Below, piece by piece: positions 50,571-63,350 of a DNA stretch of 64,000 nucleotides (positions are counted from its first letter, which is position 1; each line of letters begins with the position of its first letter). The stretch is from Octopus sinensis. Its lineage: Eukaryota. The DNA is taken from NCBI RefSeq assembly GCF_006345805.1, contig NC_043012.1, positions 35,960,001 to 36,024,000 of the forward strand, in the 5' to 3' direction. The translations under genes were made by a program, and so were the position numbers. Under the pieces are notes generated by a model that was given only the letters and a program-made list of their open reading frames with translations, was not told the origin of the DNA and made no database searches.

Positions 50571-52231
50571 TTCTCTGGTGACAGGGGTGAAATAAGGGTG
50601 GGATAAATACTAGTTTACTGTTGCAAAATTTGCTGATGACTTAATTATTTCATGATTCCTTGCAGTTTGTTTTGATGTCATCAACATTATTGTCCCCTCG
50701 TTATAACTAACATAATCATTGCTAATGTCACCAACATCACCACCACTTCAGTACCCTCACCCCCACTGTAGGTACACCACTACCACTGCCCCCACCCTAC
50801 CACCGTCAAAGCCACTACTGCCTTCATGCAATCTCGACATGCCCACCACCATGATAGCTAAGACCATTGTGGGGAGAGAAATCTCTCCACCGTCCCCACT
50901 ACAGTCTCACAACTACCTGTACTTACCCCATCACCTCGCATCTATCTCCACAATCCCAAGAACATCGTAGTCCATCCCTTACCCCCACCAAACCAGCCAC
51001 ATCAACCACTACCATCTCCACCATCATATCCACCTACCATCCATCCATTGGTTATTCTGTTACCACCACCACCACCACCACCATCATCATCATCACCATT
51101 GTCTCATTTCTGTTGAACAACCATTTAGTTATATGTGTATTTTGTGGGGACAGCTGATTGTTTTTTGTGTTGGAACTTGACAAAAAAAAATACAAAACAG
51201 TTTTTTTTTTAAGTTTCTATTATTTTGGGAACCAGGAGGGGAGAAAGCATTATCACACACACACACACACACACAAGCCAAATAGAAAGCAGTTTGCAGG
51301 GCCAGTCTGCACTTGATGGGTGGTGAGAGGAGAGAACAGGTGACGCATTTGATAAATTCATTTCTCTTCAGACCCTTCTTGAAAATCCCACAGATTTCTT
51401 GGGTGGGTGTTATTGGGTGTTTTCCACCAAAGATAGAAGCAAATGTCAACATGATTATTTGGGAATTTAAAATAAAAATTCTGTTTTTTTTTTTTAAATA
51501 AAGTTGGGGTGGGGAAGAAAAAAAAAGTGGGAGGGAAGTTGATCTGATTAATAATGTATGGCAAGGGTTCATAGGGTGCAACTACTTAGACCCAGTTTTC
51601 AACAGTTTTTGAAGCCAGAGAGGATTGTATCAGTGGTGTTGCTAGGCTGGGAGGTTATTTTAGGGGGTGGGGTTTGTGTGTGTGTGGGGGTGTGTTGATA
51701 TTTTTTAAAATCATTTTTCATTTGTTTCAGTCATTAGACTGCGACCATGCTGGGGCACCACCTTGAAGAATTTTTAATCGAATTAATTGACCCCAGTCCT
51801 TTTTTTTTTTCTTGTTTTTAAACCTGGAACTTCTTCTGTTGGTCTCTTTTGCTAAACTGCTAAGTTATGGGATGTAAACATGACATGAAGAGGAACGCGG
51901 CAAGATTCATTCAGTGTGTATTTGCTTCACATTTCACAAATGTTCAATTGCTTTACAATGACTAATATGTTACATACACAACACACCCTTGTCCAAAATA
52001 GATGGGCTGACGGTTGTCTCATTGTTCCATTTGTTAAAAACTGATCATGCTGACCACACAGATCACACAAAAGAGCCGATCACAACCCACAACCAATAAA
52101 AAAAAAATGGCTGGGGGGAAAAAGTTGTTTTTTTCCCCCCTTAAGGGAAGATCAATGTTCTTGCCTCAATAACAAAGTTCGATGTTTGGTTTGAAATTTA
52201 AATCAATTTTTCCCACACGATCCATGGTAAC

Positions 52232-52385
52232 TGATCATCATTCAAAATCTGCTTTCCATGCTGGCATGGGTGGGATGGCTTGACAAGAACTGGCAAACCA
52301 GAGGACTATGCCAAGCTCTACTGTCTACTTCGAGATGATTTCTAAGGTTGGATGTCCTTCCTAACATGCCAACCACTTTACACAG
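52232..52385 (-). mobile_element. Diverged RTE 3'-end copy
   Basis: gctttccatgctggcatgggtgggatgg...gatgtccttcctaacatgccaaccacttta. Similar older fragments lie at about 57880-58030 and 28020-28200 (-), and at 18885-18922, 19300-19380, 19640-19735 and 49420-49475 (+). Confidence 0.7.
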
Positions 52386-52454
52386 GGTACATCATTGTAA
52401 TCCATTTATGGTGTAGCTGTCGTTAATCTGTTAAGGTACCACAACATTGTTATT

Positions 52455-52680
52455 TTTTTACTGCCCACAAAGGGCTACACACAGAGGGGCCAAACAAGGA
52501 CAGACAAACGGATTAAGTCGATTATATCGACCCCAGTGTGTAACTGGTACTTATTTAATCGATCCCGAAAGGATGAAAGGCAAAGTTGACCTCGGCGGAA
52601 TTTGAACTCAGAACGTAGCGGCAGACGAAACACCGGTAAGCATTTCGCCCGGCGTGCTAACGTTTCTGCCAGCTCGCCAC
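52455..52680 (-). mobile_element. SINE family A, young CpG-rich copy with a variant 3' end
   Basis: ggatgaaaggcaaagttgacctcggcggaatttgaactc...gcatttcgcccggcgtgctaacgtttctgccagctcgcc, with CpGs retained. Confidence 0.85.
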
Positions 52681-53379
52681 AACGTTGTATATAACCACAC
52701 ATCATGTAAAACACATACACATAGCATAACACACACACACACATATTGTAAACAGCTGTATTCATTCTTCACCACCACCACCACCATTACCACCTCCATC
52801 TTCTGCTACCTTCCAGTCATTAAACTATTCCAGAGCATTAATTCTTTTTTGTATTTAGTTTGTAAGGTTCTGGATGTGAATGCAGGTGTTGAAATAAATC
52901 TTGTTGTGTCTTGGGAGGGTCCTTTCACCAATTAAAATAAAACACATGCACTGGCTCAATATCACTTCTTTCTAACAAACAACTGATTGATTGTTTAACC
53001 AACACATTAAACAACGATTAGTTGCTTGGATGTTTAACAAAATGGCTGACAGTAAAGAAGTGGTATTGAACCAGTGCATGTGTTTATTATTATTGGGATA
53101 ATGACCCTCCCAGACTATACCAGAGCAGTTCCAAACAAAAAAAATAATGACACTTATTTCATTGTTTCTGCAGTCTAACATGATCTAGAGATGCAATGGG
53201 CTTGTCCCTTCATTCTCAAATTCATGAGAAACTGTAATTATGAAGTTGCTTGATAATTGGGTGGTCGTAACTCTGTCTGGACAACTGGACATCGACAAAC
53301 TGCTGATCATGTGTGTGTGTGTGTAGCTATGAGAGTCAGTGTAAATGCGTCTGTGTGTATGTGTGTGTTTATATGTGTG

Positions 53380-53945
53380 TGGTGTCCGTGTCTGTATGTG
53401 TAGATATCCATGTCTTAGCCCACGTGTGAGTTTGCGTGCATGTGTTGTATATATATGTGTGTGAATATGTATTATATATGTGTGTGTGTATCTATTATAT
53501 TATATATATATATGTGTGTTTGTGTGGGTGTGTATTATATGTTATATATATGTGCATGAGTGTGTATTATATCATATTATATACATGTGTGTGTGTATGT
53601 TATATTATATATGTGTGTGATGTCCGTGTCTGTATGTGGAGATATCCATGTCTTAGCCCACGTGTGAGTTTGCGTGCATGTGTTGTATGCATATATATAT
53701 GTGTGTGTGAGTATGTATTATTTATCATATGTATATGTGTGTGTGTGTGTGTGTCTATTATATATTATATATATGTGTGTGTGTGTGTGTGTCTATTATA
53801 TATTATATATATGTGTGTGTGTGTGTGTCTATTATATATTATATATATGTGTGTGTGTGTGTGTCTATTATATATTATATATATATGTGTGTGTGAGTGT
53901 GTATTATATCATATATATGTGTGTGTGTGTGTGTGTGTGCGTGTG
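53380..53945. repeat. Compound TG/TA repeat with duplicated complex blocks
   Basis: gtccgtgtctgtatgtg.agatatccatgtcttagcccacgtgtgagtttgcgtgcatgtg occurs at about 53384 and 53622. (gt)n-ctattatatattatatatat is repeated four times. Confidence 0.85.
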
Positions 53946-54073
53946 TAGTCATCCTTACTATGTGACACACAATGATTTAATGTGAAAGGAGACAGGTTCA
54001 GTCTGCCTGACTGACACTTTAACATCATTTAACATCACTGTTGCTCATCCATCATCATCATCACCATCATCAC

Positions 54074-54151
<78 letters not shown>

Positions 54152-54683
54152 GTCCTTGTCATCACCAACAGTAGCAACTACACCATCCCCATCACTATCA
54201 GCATCGCCCCCCCACGCCACCACCACCACCACCACCGCTATGTGTGAATTTATGAAATGTCAATAAAACAGACATAAAAACATCCCATTGACTTTATTAT
54301 TTAAGGAAGTTGTAAGTGGGGTGGGTAGGGGTGGGGGTGGGGACTAAGTGGTATTGTAATGGTGGTGGTGGTGGTGGTGGTGGTGGTGACGTGGGTGTTT
54401 CATTCTGCTGGCAGTGGGGGTGCCGATGTTGAGGGTGTGTTCAAGTGGCCTGGTGGTGGGGAGGGTGCACAGCCCCACCCACTCCTGTGCCACACCTCAC
54501 TCTCAGATCCTGTACAATATTGTAAATTTCTCAACTTATCTCTGTGGTGATGAAAGTGTTGTTGTTGTTGTTGTTGTGTTAGTGGTGGTGGTGGTTGTGA
54601 TGGTGATGGTAGTGAAGATGGTGGTGGTGGTGGTGGTGATGTAATGTGGTGACCGTGTGGAATGGTTTAAATTCTGCAGTAAG

Positions 54684-54720
<37 letters not shown>

Positions 54721-55289
54721 ATGATACATATATATATATATATATATATCCATGAACACATAAACAGTCTGCCTAGAGAATATACTTAGAGAAATGTCCA
54801 CCCTCCTCCACTCCTCTCACCCCCCCTCTGTTTCTCTCATGTTCATCTGTAGTGACACATGTAAACTAATAATTGTCCACCCAACCCTCCTTTCCCCCCT
54901 CCTATCCCACCCCTAAAATTTCACCTCCCCATCTTTCCCTACCTCACCCCATACTCCAAAAAAAAAAAAACTGAGAGAAAAAATCCTGCAGATAAAACCT
55001 TCTTGACAGGGCAGGGCACCTAACATTGCTGGCCCCTGTGGTGCTCTTACAACCCTCACTGCTACCACCACCACCACCACCACCACCACCACTGCCAGTG
55101 CTGCACCCTGTCCTCTCCCCCCCCGCCCTGCCAGCTGTACCCAGAGTCTGAGACAGATGCCAGATGACTACGTTGATGATGATGATGGCGATGGGGATGA
55201 CGAAGGTGATGGAAGTGGCACCGACAATGATGATGATGATGATGATGATGGCAACAACAATTGCAAATACAATGAGAACAGAACGATAA

Positions 55290-55660
55290 CATGGATGAAA
55301 GTGGTGGTGGTGGTGGTAGTGGTCGTCGTCGTCGTCGTCGTCATCGTCGTCGTGTTGGTGTTGGTGGTGGTGGTGGTGGTGGTGGTGGTGGTGGTGGTGG
55401 TGGTGGTGGTGGTGGTGGTGGTGGTCGTCGTCGTCGTCGTCGTCATCGTCGTCGTGTTGGTGTTGGTGGTGTTGGTGGTGGTGGTGGTGGTGGTGGTGGT
55501 GGTGGTGGTGGTGGTGGTGGTGGTGGTGGTGGTGGTGGTGGTCGTCGTCGTCGTCGTCATCGTCGTCGTGTTGGTGTTGGTGGTGTTGGTGGTGGTGGTG
55601 GTGGTGGTGTTGGTGGTGGTGTGGTGTGGTGGTGGTGGTGGTGGTGGCGATGATGATGAT
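55290..55660. repeat. (GGT)n/(CGT)n compound microsatellite with higher-order units
   Basis: The marker catcgtcgtcgtgttggtgttgg recurs at 55342, 55444 and 55558. Confidence 0.92.
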
Positions 55661-56409
55661 GATGATGAGGAAGTGGATGGTGATGATGATGATGACACTG
55701 CTGACTACAACGATAACGATGGTGATGATGACAATGATGATGATAATGAATGTGATGCTGACAGCAGCAATGATGATGGTGATGATGATGCCATACTTAT
55801 GGTTTCTCCTTAACATTGTCACAGAATCAACATCATCATCATTATCATCATTGACAACAACAACAACAGCGACTTTATAAGTGTTATCACCAGGTGTTGT
55901 TGTTGTTGTTGTCGGTGGTGGTGGTGGTGGTGGGGTTGAGAGAAAGAATGTGAAGGTATGAGTGTTGGATGAAGTGGGGGGGGGGTTGAAGGAAGTTGAG
56001 AAGTAGTGAGAGGGGGAAAGAAAGAGAGAGAGAAAGAGAGAAGAGGACAGTGAGAGTAGAAAGGAAGAGCAGTGTGGGTGTAAGACAGAGTAAGTAGGAG
56101 GGGAGTGTGTGGATGGGGGGGGGGAGATCTAGAAAGTGGGAGTAGGGGTGGTGTAAGGGTACTGTCCCCTAATTAGTGAGGTGATGTCAACAGTGACAAC
56201 ACTATATCATGTTGTCAGTTAGACACTTGGAGCTGAAGGGGGTGGGGACCACATGGTGGTGGTGGTGGTGGTAGTGGTGGTGGCCATGGTAGAAGACCTC
56301 TAACTGCTGACAGAGCAGGTAGACATTTGAAGGGGATTCAGTGGGTGGGAGACAATCCATGTTTGATGTCCTTCCTTTTTTTGAGGGGGTGGAGGGGTAG
56401 AGAGAGGAT

Positions 56410-56462
<53 letters not shown>

Positions 56463-56465
56463 GTG

Positions 56466-56512
<47 letters not shown>

Positions 56513-57265
56513 ACATGTGTGATGAGGGCTATATCTTAATATTGATGCTGGAATCAATTCAACTTCAGGGATCATTACAAAAATAGGGACCTTTTAAGGG
56601 TGATATTAAGAAAAAGAGGAGGAGGAGGAAAGAAGAGGACATGTTGGTACGGACAGTATAGGGGACAGTTTGGGATTTTACAGAGAAAAGCATTTTGAGT
56701 TTCTGCTGTTGTCATTTAACTTCAAATCATCTTTAATCAAGCTGACCTAGGTTAAAAGACATTCCAGGCATGCCCATCACGTACTTTTAGGGAATGTATA
56801 GGGCTATATTATCAAATGTACCCTTTCCTTTCCTAAGATAACAAGTTGTGATTCAAGAGAGGTTTAGTTTCTATTTCTAGCAGATCAAGTGGCCAGGAAG
56901 GAACTTCATCATTGGCTTTGACATTATAGGAAAGAAAGCTTCACATGTAGAATTTAGGGACCTATAATTATAGCTCCCTAAATTCTAAAGGGAGTAAATA
57001 TAGGGGCCAAGTTAAGGGCCAAGACACACACTTGCCTGAGCAGGGGTTTCTTCTCAGAAGACCTTCTGCTGTTCAGCTCCCTTGAGAGTTCCTTATTAGT
57101 AGTCCCTATATTTATTCCCTTAAGACGTTTACCTAAATGGCTTGACATTATAGGAAAGAAAGCTTCAAACGGGAAATATGGGGGTTTATAATTTAAGCTA
57201 AACACCTTAAGGGAACAAATGTAGGGACTTTGATTTAAAATAGAAATCTTAAGGGGATAAAGGAT

Positions 57266-57793
57266 TGATTTCAAATTTTGGCACAAGGCCAGCAATTTCA
57301 GGGGAGGGGATAAGTTGATTATATCGACCCCACCAATATTCAAATGGTACTTACTTTATCATGGAGGCACATGGCCTAGTGGTTAGAGCAGCGGACTTGC
57401 AGTCAAGGGATCATGGGTTCGAATCTCAGACTGGGCAGTGTGTGTGTTTATAAGTGAAACCACCTAAGCTCCACATGGCTCTGGCAGAAGGTAATGGTGA
57501 ACCTCTGCTGACTCACCACAACTTTCTCTCACTCTTTCCTCCTGCATCCAGCACCTCACCTGAGATGGACCGGTATCCCGTCCAGGTGGGGAACCTATAC
57601 ATCAATGAAACCAGAAAACCAGCCCTTCTGAGCCAGGCATGGCTCAAGAAGGAACAAACAGCAACAATAACAACTTATTTTATCAACTCTGAAAGGATGA
57701 ACGGGAAAAGAATTTGAACTCAGAATGTAAAGATGGACGAAATACCACTAGGCATTTTGCTTGGTGTGCTAACAACTCTGCCAGCTTGCAGCT
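57266..57793 (-). mobile_element. SINE family A copy split by a + strand SINE insertion
   Basis: Family A halves at 57266-57360 and 57673-57793 are collinear. Confidence 0.8.
57361..57672 (+). mobile_element. tRNA-headed SINE (family C) with (CAA)n tail and 12-bp target-site duplication
   Basis: A box tggcctagtgg and B box ggttcgaatc. The TSD is acttactttatc (57349-57360) / acttattttatc (57673-57684). Confidence 0.8.
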
Positions 57794-59396
57794 TAAGGGA
57801 TTAAAGGATTAAAAGGTTGATATTTTAGGATCAACATCTTATGAATGATATTTTACACAGTGGCAGCAAATGTCTACAGTAAAAGGTCTTCACTTTACAT
57901 CCACCCTCCATGCTGGCATGGGTTAGACAGACTATTACAGTTTGAGTTATTTGTTGTTAGAAGATGCTGCTATGCCCATAATCTGATGCATGTCATTTGG
58001 CTCAGTTTCTACAGCAACCACTTGATACAATGCTCTGGCTAGGATTCCTTGTGGTACCGACACAAAAGAGGATGACCTCAGAACCCTACATAGTCTCTGT
58101 TCACATGCTGACCACATTGCAATGTTTTGGGGGCACATTTTTGCAGTACAAGCACAGAAAAGATTGTCTTATTCGTCAGTCACTCTTGACACAACCTGTC
58201 AGCTTTTCATTGTGACACCAGCACAGGAGGAAGGGTGGTGTCTTGTACACAGGGCAACAGAGAATGTTAAGACATGTAGATCAAAGAAGGGGAGAACAAG
58301 GGGACAGGGACACCAGCAGTGAGTTGGAAGAGCAAGCGCAGATGGTACTCAATAATAGGGTTTGTGTATTTGTTCAGAGAGTGATGCATATATGTAAGTA
58401 GGTGAGTTTACATTGTGCATGTATATGTTTGTGTATGTACATATATTTATGTGTATATGCGTGTGTGCATATATATAAATATGGATACATACATACATAC
58501 ATATGTATACATGTATATGTTTATGTGTGTGTGTGTTACCTACACTCACATACAGACACAAATATATATATATACATGTATATATATATATTGAAACTTA
58601 AGCTTCTTCAAATTTTTATGACTGTGTTTCATGTCTGTGATCTTCAGACAAAATGAAAGTAATGAAACAGGAAACTTTTAATAAGAATATTCACATAATG
58701 AAATCAAAACAAAAAGAGGAAGCATTTGCTCAGAAGCTTTTTGTGGAAATAAAACGAAAGAAATATAAAAGAATATTTTATTGCACACACATGTAAAATG
58801 ACAAAATGAATTCATTAACAAAGAAGATAAATGAAAAAAAATAAAGTAAATAACGGTATAAATTCCATCATTTTGATTGCTTATATTCAATGCCATTCAC
58901 GAAATGACATGGATGCAGAAATGTTACAAAATACTACATGAGTTTGAAGGAAGATGGCAGTAATGAGATGGGAAAGTGAGAAAGCGTGTAACAGGGTATG
59001 TAAAGTAATAGAACGTATAGCGTAATAGTGTACATAGTAACAGAGTAATGGAATACACACACACACACACACACACACACATGCATGCATGCATGTAGTA
59101 ATTTAGTATGTAGGGAGAAAGAAAATAGCAGTACCATGCTGTCAGACGTTGCTTTGCACTCTGGAGCTGAGAAGACATGTAACGTGACATTTTTTAATAA
59201 ATAAATTTTGATACTCTACTTTCAGTAGTGAGTGCTCTCGCTTTCTTTATTGTTGTTTTTTTTTTTTCATTAGAGTCTTTACATCCAAAAGACTTTACAT
59301 ATATAAATATGTGTGTGTGTGTGTATATACATGTGCATATGTGCATGAGTATATATATATAATCATATCAAAGGGAAATGGAAATTAATTAAAATT

Positions 59397-59429
<33 letters not shown>

Positions 59430-59546
59430 ATACATACACTCACACCACACACATACATACACTCTCACACACACACACACATATACATACATGCATCTAT
59501 AAATATGCATACACACATCATTTTCTTCTCTCTATGTATTTTCCAG

Positions 59547-59677
59547 TTACAGCTCAGTTTTGATGAATACGAGAATAGCCTGAATGTTTTAGTTATTCAA
59601 GCCAGAAATCTGCTACGCGGGGACTTCTCGGGTCTTTCTGACCCCTTCGTTAAGGTCTACCTTTTACCGGGTCGAAG
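59547..59677 (+). CDS. PCLO: Piccolo-like gene, C2A exon 1
   Basis: Acceptor tattttccag and donor gtaagt. The 131 nt run phase 0 to phase 2: LQLSFDEYENSLNVLVIQARNLLRGDFSGLSDPFVKVYLLPGR, with typical C2 motifs ARNL and SDPFVKVYLLPGR. It is missed by the ORF track. Confidence 0.95.
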
Positions 59678-60046
59678 GTAAGTTTGATACCTTCCTCTTT
59701 CTCGCACACATCTCCACATTTATAAAAGAGTATGTGAGGAAGAGGTTCAGTTTTTATTTTCAACATCTCTTACAGCAGACAAGACAATCCTCCTGTTTTA
59801 GGAAGAATTCTTCATATTTCTTTATTAACCATTTTGTTACCATATTTCTGTTTCAATTAATTTCGAAAATAATGAAGAATTTCATAGAATAGCCATGGCA
59901 TTATTAACCTTTTATTTGGGAAATGAATTCACAGGAAATTTTATCATGGTATTAACAACAGAGATGTTGTCATGTCCTCAGCTTGACCAAAAGGTCCCCT
60001 CCAAACTCCAAAGTGTTTTTATTGATTTCTTACACACTGTACACAA

Positions 60047-60081
<35 letters not shown>

Positions 60082-60099
60082 AGATGGAGGAACTGGAAT

Positions 60100-60620
60100 G
60101 ATACCATTGATCGTTGTTGGTGCAGAAGCCATGAATTATTGATGCATTATTGATGTCAGTGTGTATGTCATGCCTTGACAGTCTTCAATGCATTGAGAAT
60201 CAACACCTATTTGCAGTTTGTAGATTGCCAGAAGAAGGATGACAAAGAATGATACAGGAATATAAACAAGAGGGAAACTGAAACAAAGATTCCTGAATGA
60301 TGCTAAGGACTGGGAAGTGTGTGTAGATTTGGAAGCACCATTCATGTTTTGGAATCATAAACCAATAATGGGGCAATGCCAACATTATGACTTGGTTCAC
60401 CTTGGCAGAGAACAAAACCCTGATTCTTTATTTGGCTGTGGGAGGGCAATATGAAGGAAAAGTGTTATAGTATGGCAGACATTGTGATTCATGTGTAATA
60501 TAAGGATGGCAGAGCACAGTGATTTCATTTAAGGTGAGACAGGTTTATTGCTAGATCTATAGCAGACATTGTGGGACATTCAAATAAATGTCACCATTAT
60601 TTTGGTATTTCCCAACAAAT
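60100..60620 (+). mobile_element. Heavily decayed RLE-domain remnant (HERO/NeSL-like)
   Basis: Interrupted motifs FLNDAKDWEVCVDL and PNIM.W...KTLIL, with G.TGFIARS-like text further on. There are many frameshifts. Confidence 0.4.
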
Positions 60621-60954
60621 AGAATTACTTGCTCCGGCAGTGTCGTGTAGCCTTGATGCCAACAGAGAACATTCTGGTGATTTTGGCCCACAGTAAACTA
60701 TGTTTTTTTTTCTCTCTGTTATCCTTATAATCCATCTACTTACTGCATCCTACCAGAGTAACTATCCAAACCATGAAGCAAATATTCTTGTACAGAAGAG
60801 TTGCTTTATTTGCTTCAGTCATTATCTTCACATACCTCTACCATATTCACGACAAAGCATTTTCTGCTTCACTCTATCATTCTTAAATCATACAAACACA
60901 CACACACACACACACACACATGTATTTGTTTGTTTATCTCTTTCTCTTTCTTTT

Positions 60955-61347
60955 CTCTCTTACTTGTTTCAGTCATTTGACTGCGGCCATGCTGGAGCAC
61001 CGCCTTTAATCAGGCAACTCGACCCCTGGACTTATTCTTTGTAAGCCCAGTACTTATTCTATTGGCCTCTTTTGCCGAACCGCTAAGTGACGGGGACATA
61101 AACACACCAGCATCGGTTGTCAAGCAATGCTAGGGGGACAAACACAGACACACAAACATACACACATATATATATATACATATATACGACGGGCTTCTTT
61201 CAGTTTCCGTCTACCAAATCCACTCAAGGCTTTGGTCGGCCCGAGGCTATAGTAGAAGACACTTGCCCAAGGTGCCACGTAGTGGGACTGAACCCGGAAC
61301 CATGTGGTTGGTAAGCAAGCTACTTACCACACAGCCACTCCTGCGCC
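60955..61347 (-). mobile_element. SINE family B (tRNA-like head + CORE-like caccttgggcaagtgtctt segment), young copy
   Basis: The minus strand reads ggcgcaggagtggctgtgtggtaag...ggttccgggttcagtccc...ggcaccttgggcaagtgtcttctactatagc...gactgaaacaag. Confidence 0.85.
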
Positions 61348-61379
<32 letters not shown>

Positions 61380-61944
61380 TAAATCGCTGCTGTCTCTTTT
61401 CACTTGAAGTCCCGTAACAATACAGAACCATCTTGGGTCCTGCTACCAACATAACCCTCACACCACTAGTGAGATGAAGCTTTCTTCATACATTTATTAA
61501 TGGTGGAAGCATTCTTTCACCTTTACACTATTAATGGAGGAAGTTCTGAATTTGGGATGGAATAGCAAAAAAACATATTCAAATGTTTAGTTCCAGGTCA
61601 CTCTGTTGTCGTAGTTATTGTTGTTGTTATGTTTTTGTGAAAATGTACAAAAGGATGCTATAGTAGAAAGGCGTTTCACATGTTAATTCCATGGGCCATC
61701 ACAAGCCATGTGGCCTTAATAGTCCATAAGTTGAGAGGAGAGACCAGGAGAGTTGCTCAGGGAAAGAAATCACTTCCAACTTACATTTGATGCTGAGGTT
61801 TCTTGATTTTCAAGGGAGGTCACTCTAAAGGTTTATTTTCAAGAAAGACTTGACTCTCCATAAACTGCCATTGCTCAAATTACAAACAAAGCTATTCAAA
61901 GCCATAATGTGTGTGTCTGTGTGTCTGTCTGTGTGTAAACATAT

Positions 61945-62356
61945 CTCTTTTTCTCTTGTTCTTGTTTCAGTCATTTGATTGTGGCTATCCTGGAGCTCCA
62001 CCTTTAGTTGAGCAAATTGACCCCAGAGCTTATTCTTTGTAAGCCCAGCAATTATTCTATCGGTCTGTTTTACCGAACCCCTCAGCTATGAGGATGTAAA
62101 CACACCAGCATTGGCTGTCAAGCAATGGTGGGGGGACGGACAAGCAGACACACAAACATATACATACACATACATATACGTATATATACATATACGACAG
62201 GCATCTTCCAGATTCCATCTACCAAATCCACTGACAAGGCTTTGGTTGGCCCAAGGCTATAGTAGAAGACACTTGCCCAAGGTGCCACACAGTGGTACTG
62301 AACCTGGAACCATGTGGTTCGTAAGCAAGCTACTTACCACACAGACATCCCTGTGC
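61945..62356 (-). mobile_element. SINE family B copy
   Basis: Collinear with 60955-61347. Confidence 0.82.
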
Positions 62357-62784
62357 TTATTCATTTCTTCTTTTACTTGTTTCAATCATTTTGACTGCAA
62401 CCATGTTAAAGCACATACACACACACACAGTTAAAAATTGTCTAAAGTCGTAAGACGCCCGCTGTTTTTGTCCTGCTTGCCATTCTTGTTTTTTATTTCT
62501 ATTTTTCGTTTCTTGTATTTATATTCGGGTGGCATCCTGTCTTTGTTTTGTATACATTTGATCCTCTTTCCAAGAAATCTAATGCCTGTGGCTTAGTTTT
62601 TCCTTGGGGCTGGCCGGTTCGGAGTGATATCGAGATTAAACAGCCGAAATTGCTAAGATGATCCGGTTCCGACTGAAGATTAGAGGCTTCGAGTGACCCG
62701 TCTGTTTTCTTTGTGTCATCTCTTTGTGTGTTTTTGCGTTCTTGTCCCACTTTGTAATTTATATTTTATATTTAATTTCTATAC

Positions 62785-62896
<112 letters not shown>

Positions 62897-63165
62897 GCAT
62901 GTATATATAATATACATATATACATATATATAATATAGATACATTTGCATATATATAAACGCAGAAATGTGTGGGGTGGGTATAAGAGTGTGTATAATCA
63001 TTATTTACTGTAAACTCCAAATTACAAAATATAAATTTGAACAATGTTGTGAAATTTATGTTGTATGATGTTTATACTGTTTATTTTGAACCATCCATCC
63101 TCCCAGATTCTCAGATTCCCATCTTTAAGTTTCAGTATTAAATCTGATATTCTTACCGTTTTCAG

Positions 63166-63350
63166 TCCTGATCACAAACGCCGTACCAGATACGTCAGTT
63201 GCACCCTTAACCCTGAATGGCATCAAAATCTAGTCTTCCAGAATCTCAGTCGAGATGATCTCAAAACCAAAATCTTGGAAATCACAGTGTGGGATTACGA
63301 CCGGTTCAAACCCAATGATTTCCTTGGTCAAGTTGTCATAGACCTAAAAG
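63166..63350 (+). CDS. PCLO: Piccolo-like gene, C2A exon 2
   Basis: Acceptor cttaccgttttcag and donor gtatgt. The 185 nt run phase 2 to phase 1: (S)PDHKRRTRYVSCTLNPEWHQNLVFQNLSRDDLKTKILEITVWDYDRFKPNDFLGQVVIDLK. Confidence 0.95.

Noticed and set aside
54944-55880. 292-aa His/Asp-rich and 218-aa Val-rich ORFs
   Set aside because: They come from a trinucleotide repeat block and are open on both strands.
58620-58655. Minus-strand CTGAAGA...GAAAC
   Set aside because: The intervening 10 nt cannot form stem II.
59136-59183. Alternative first exon MLSDVALHSGAEKTCN upstream of C2A
   Set aside because: It is in phase with the next exon, but the donor (AAC|gtgaca) is poor and nothing else supports it.
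62430-62760. Penelope-like segment with ggctg...cagccgaaat
   Set aside because: A stem followed by GAAA is present, but there is no CUGANGA upstream. It is probably an unclassified repeat.
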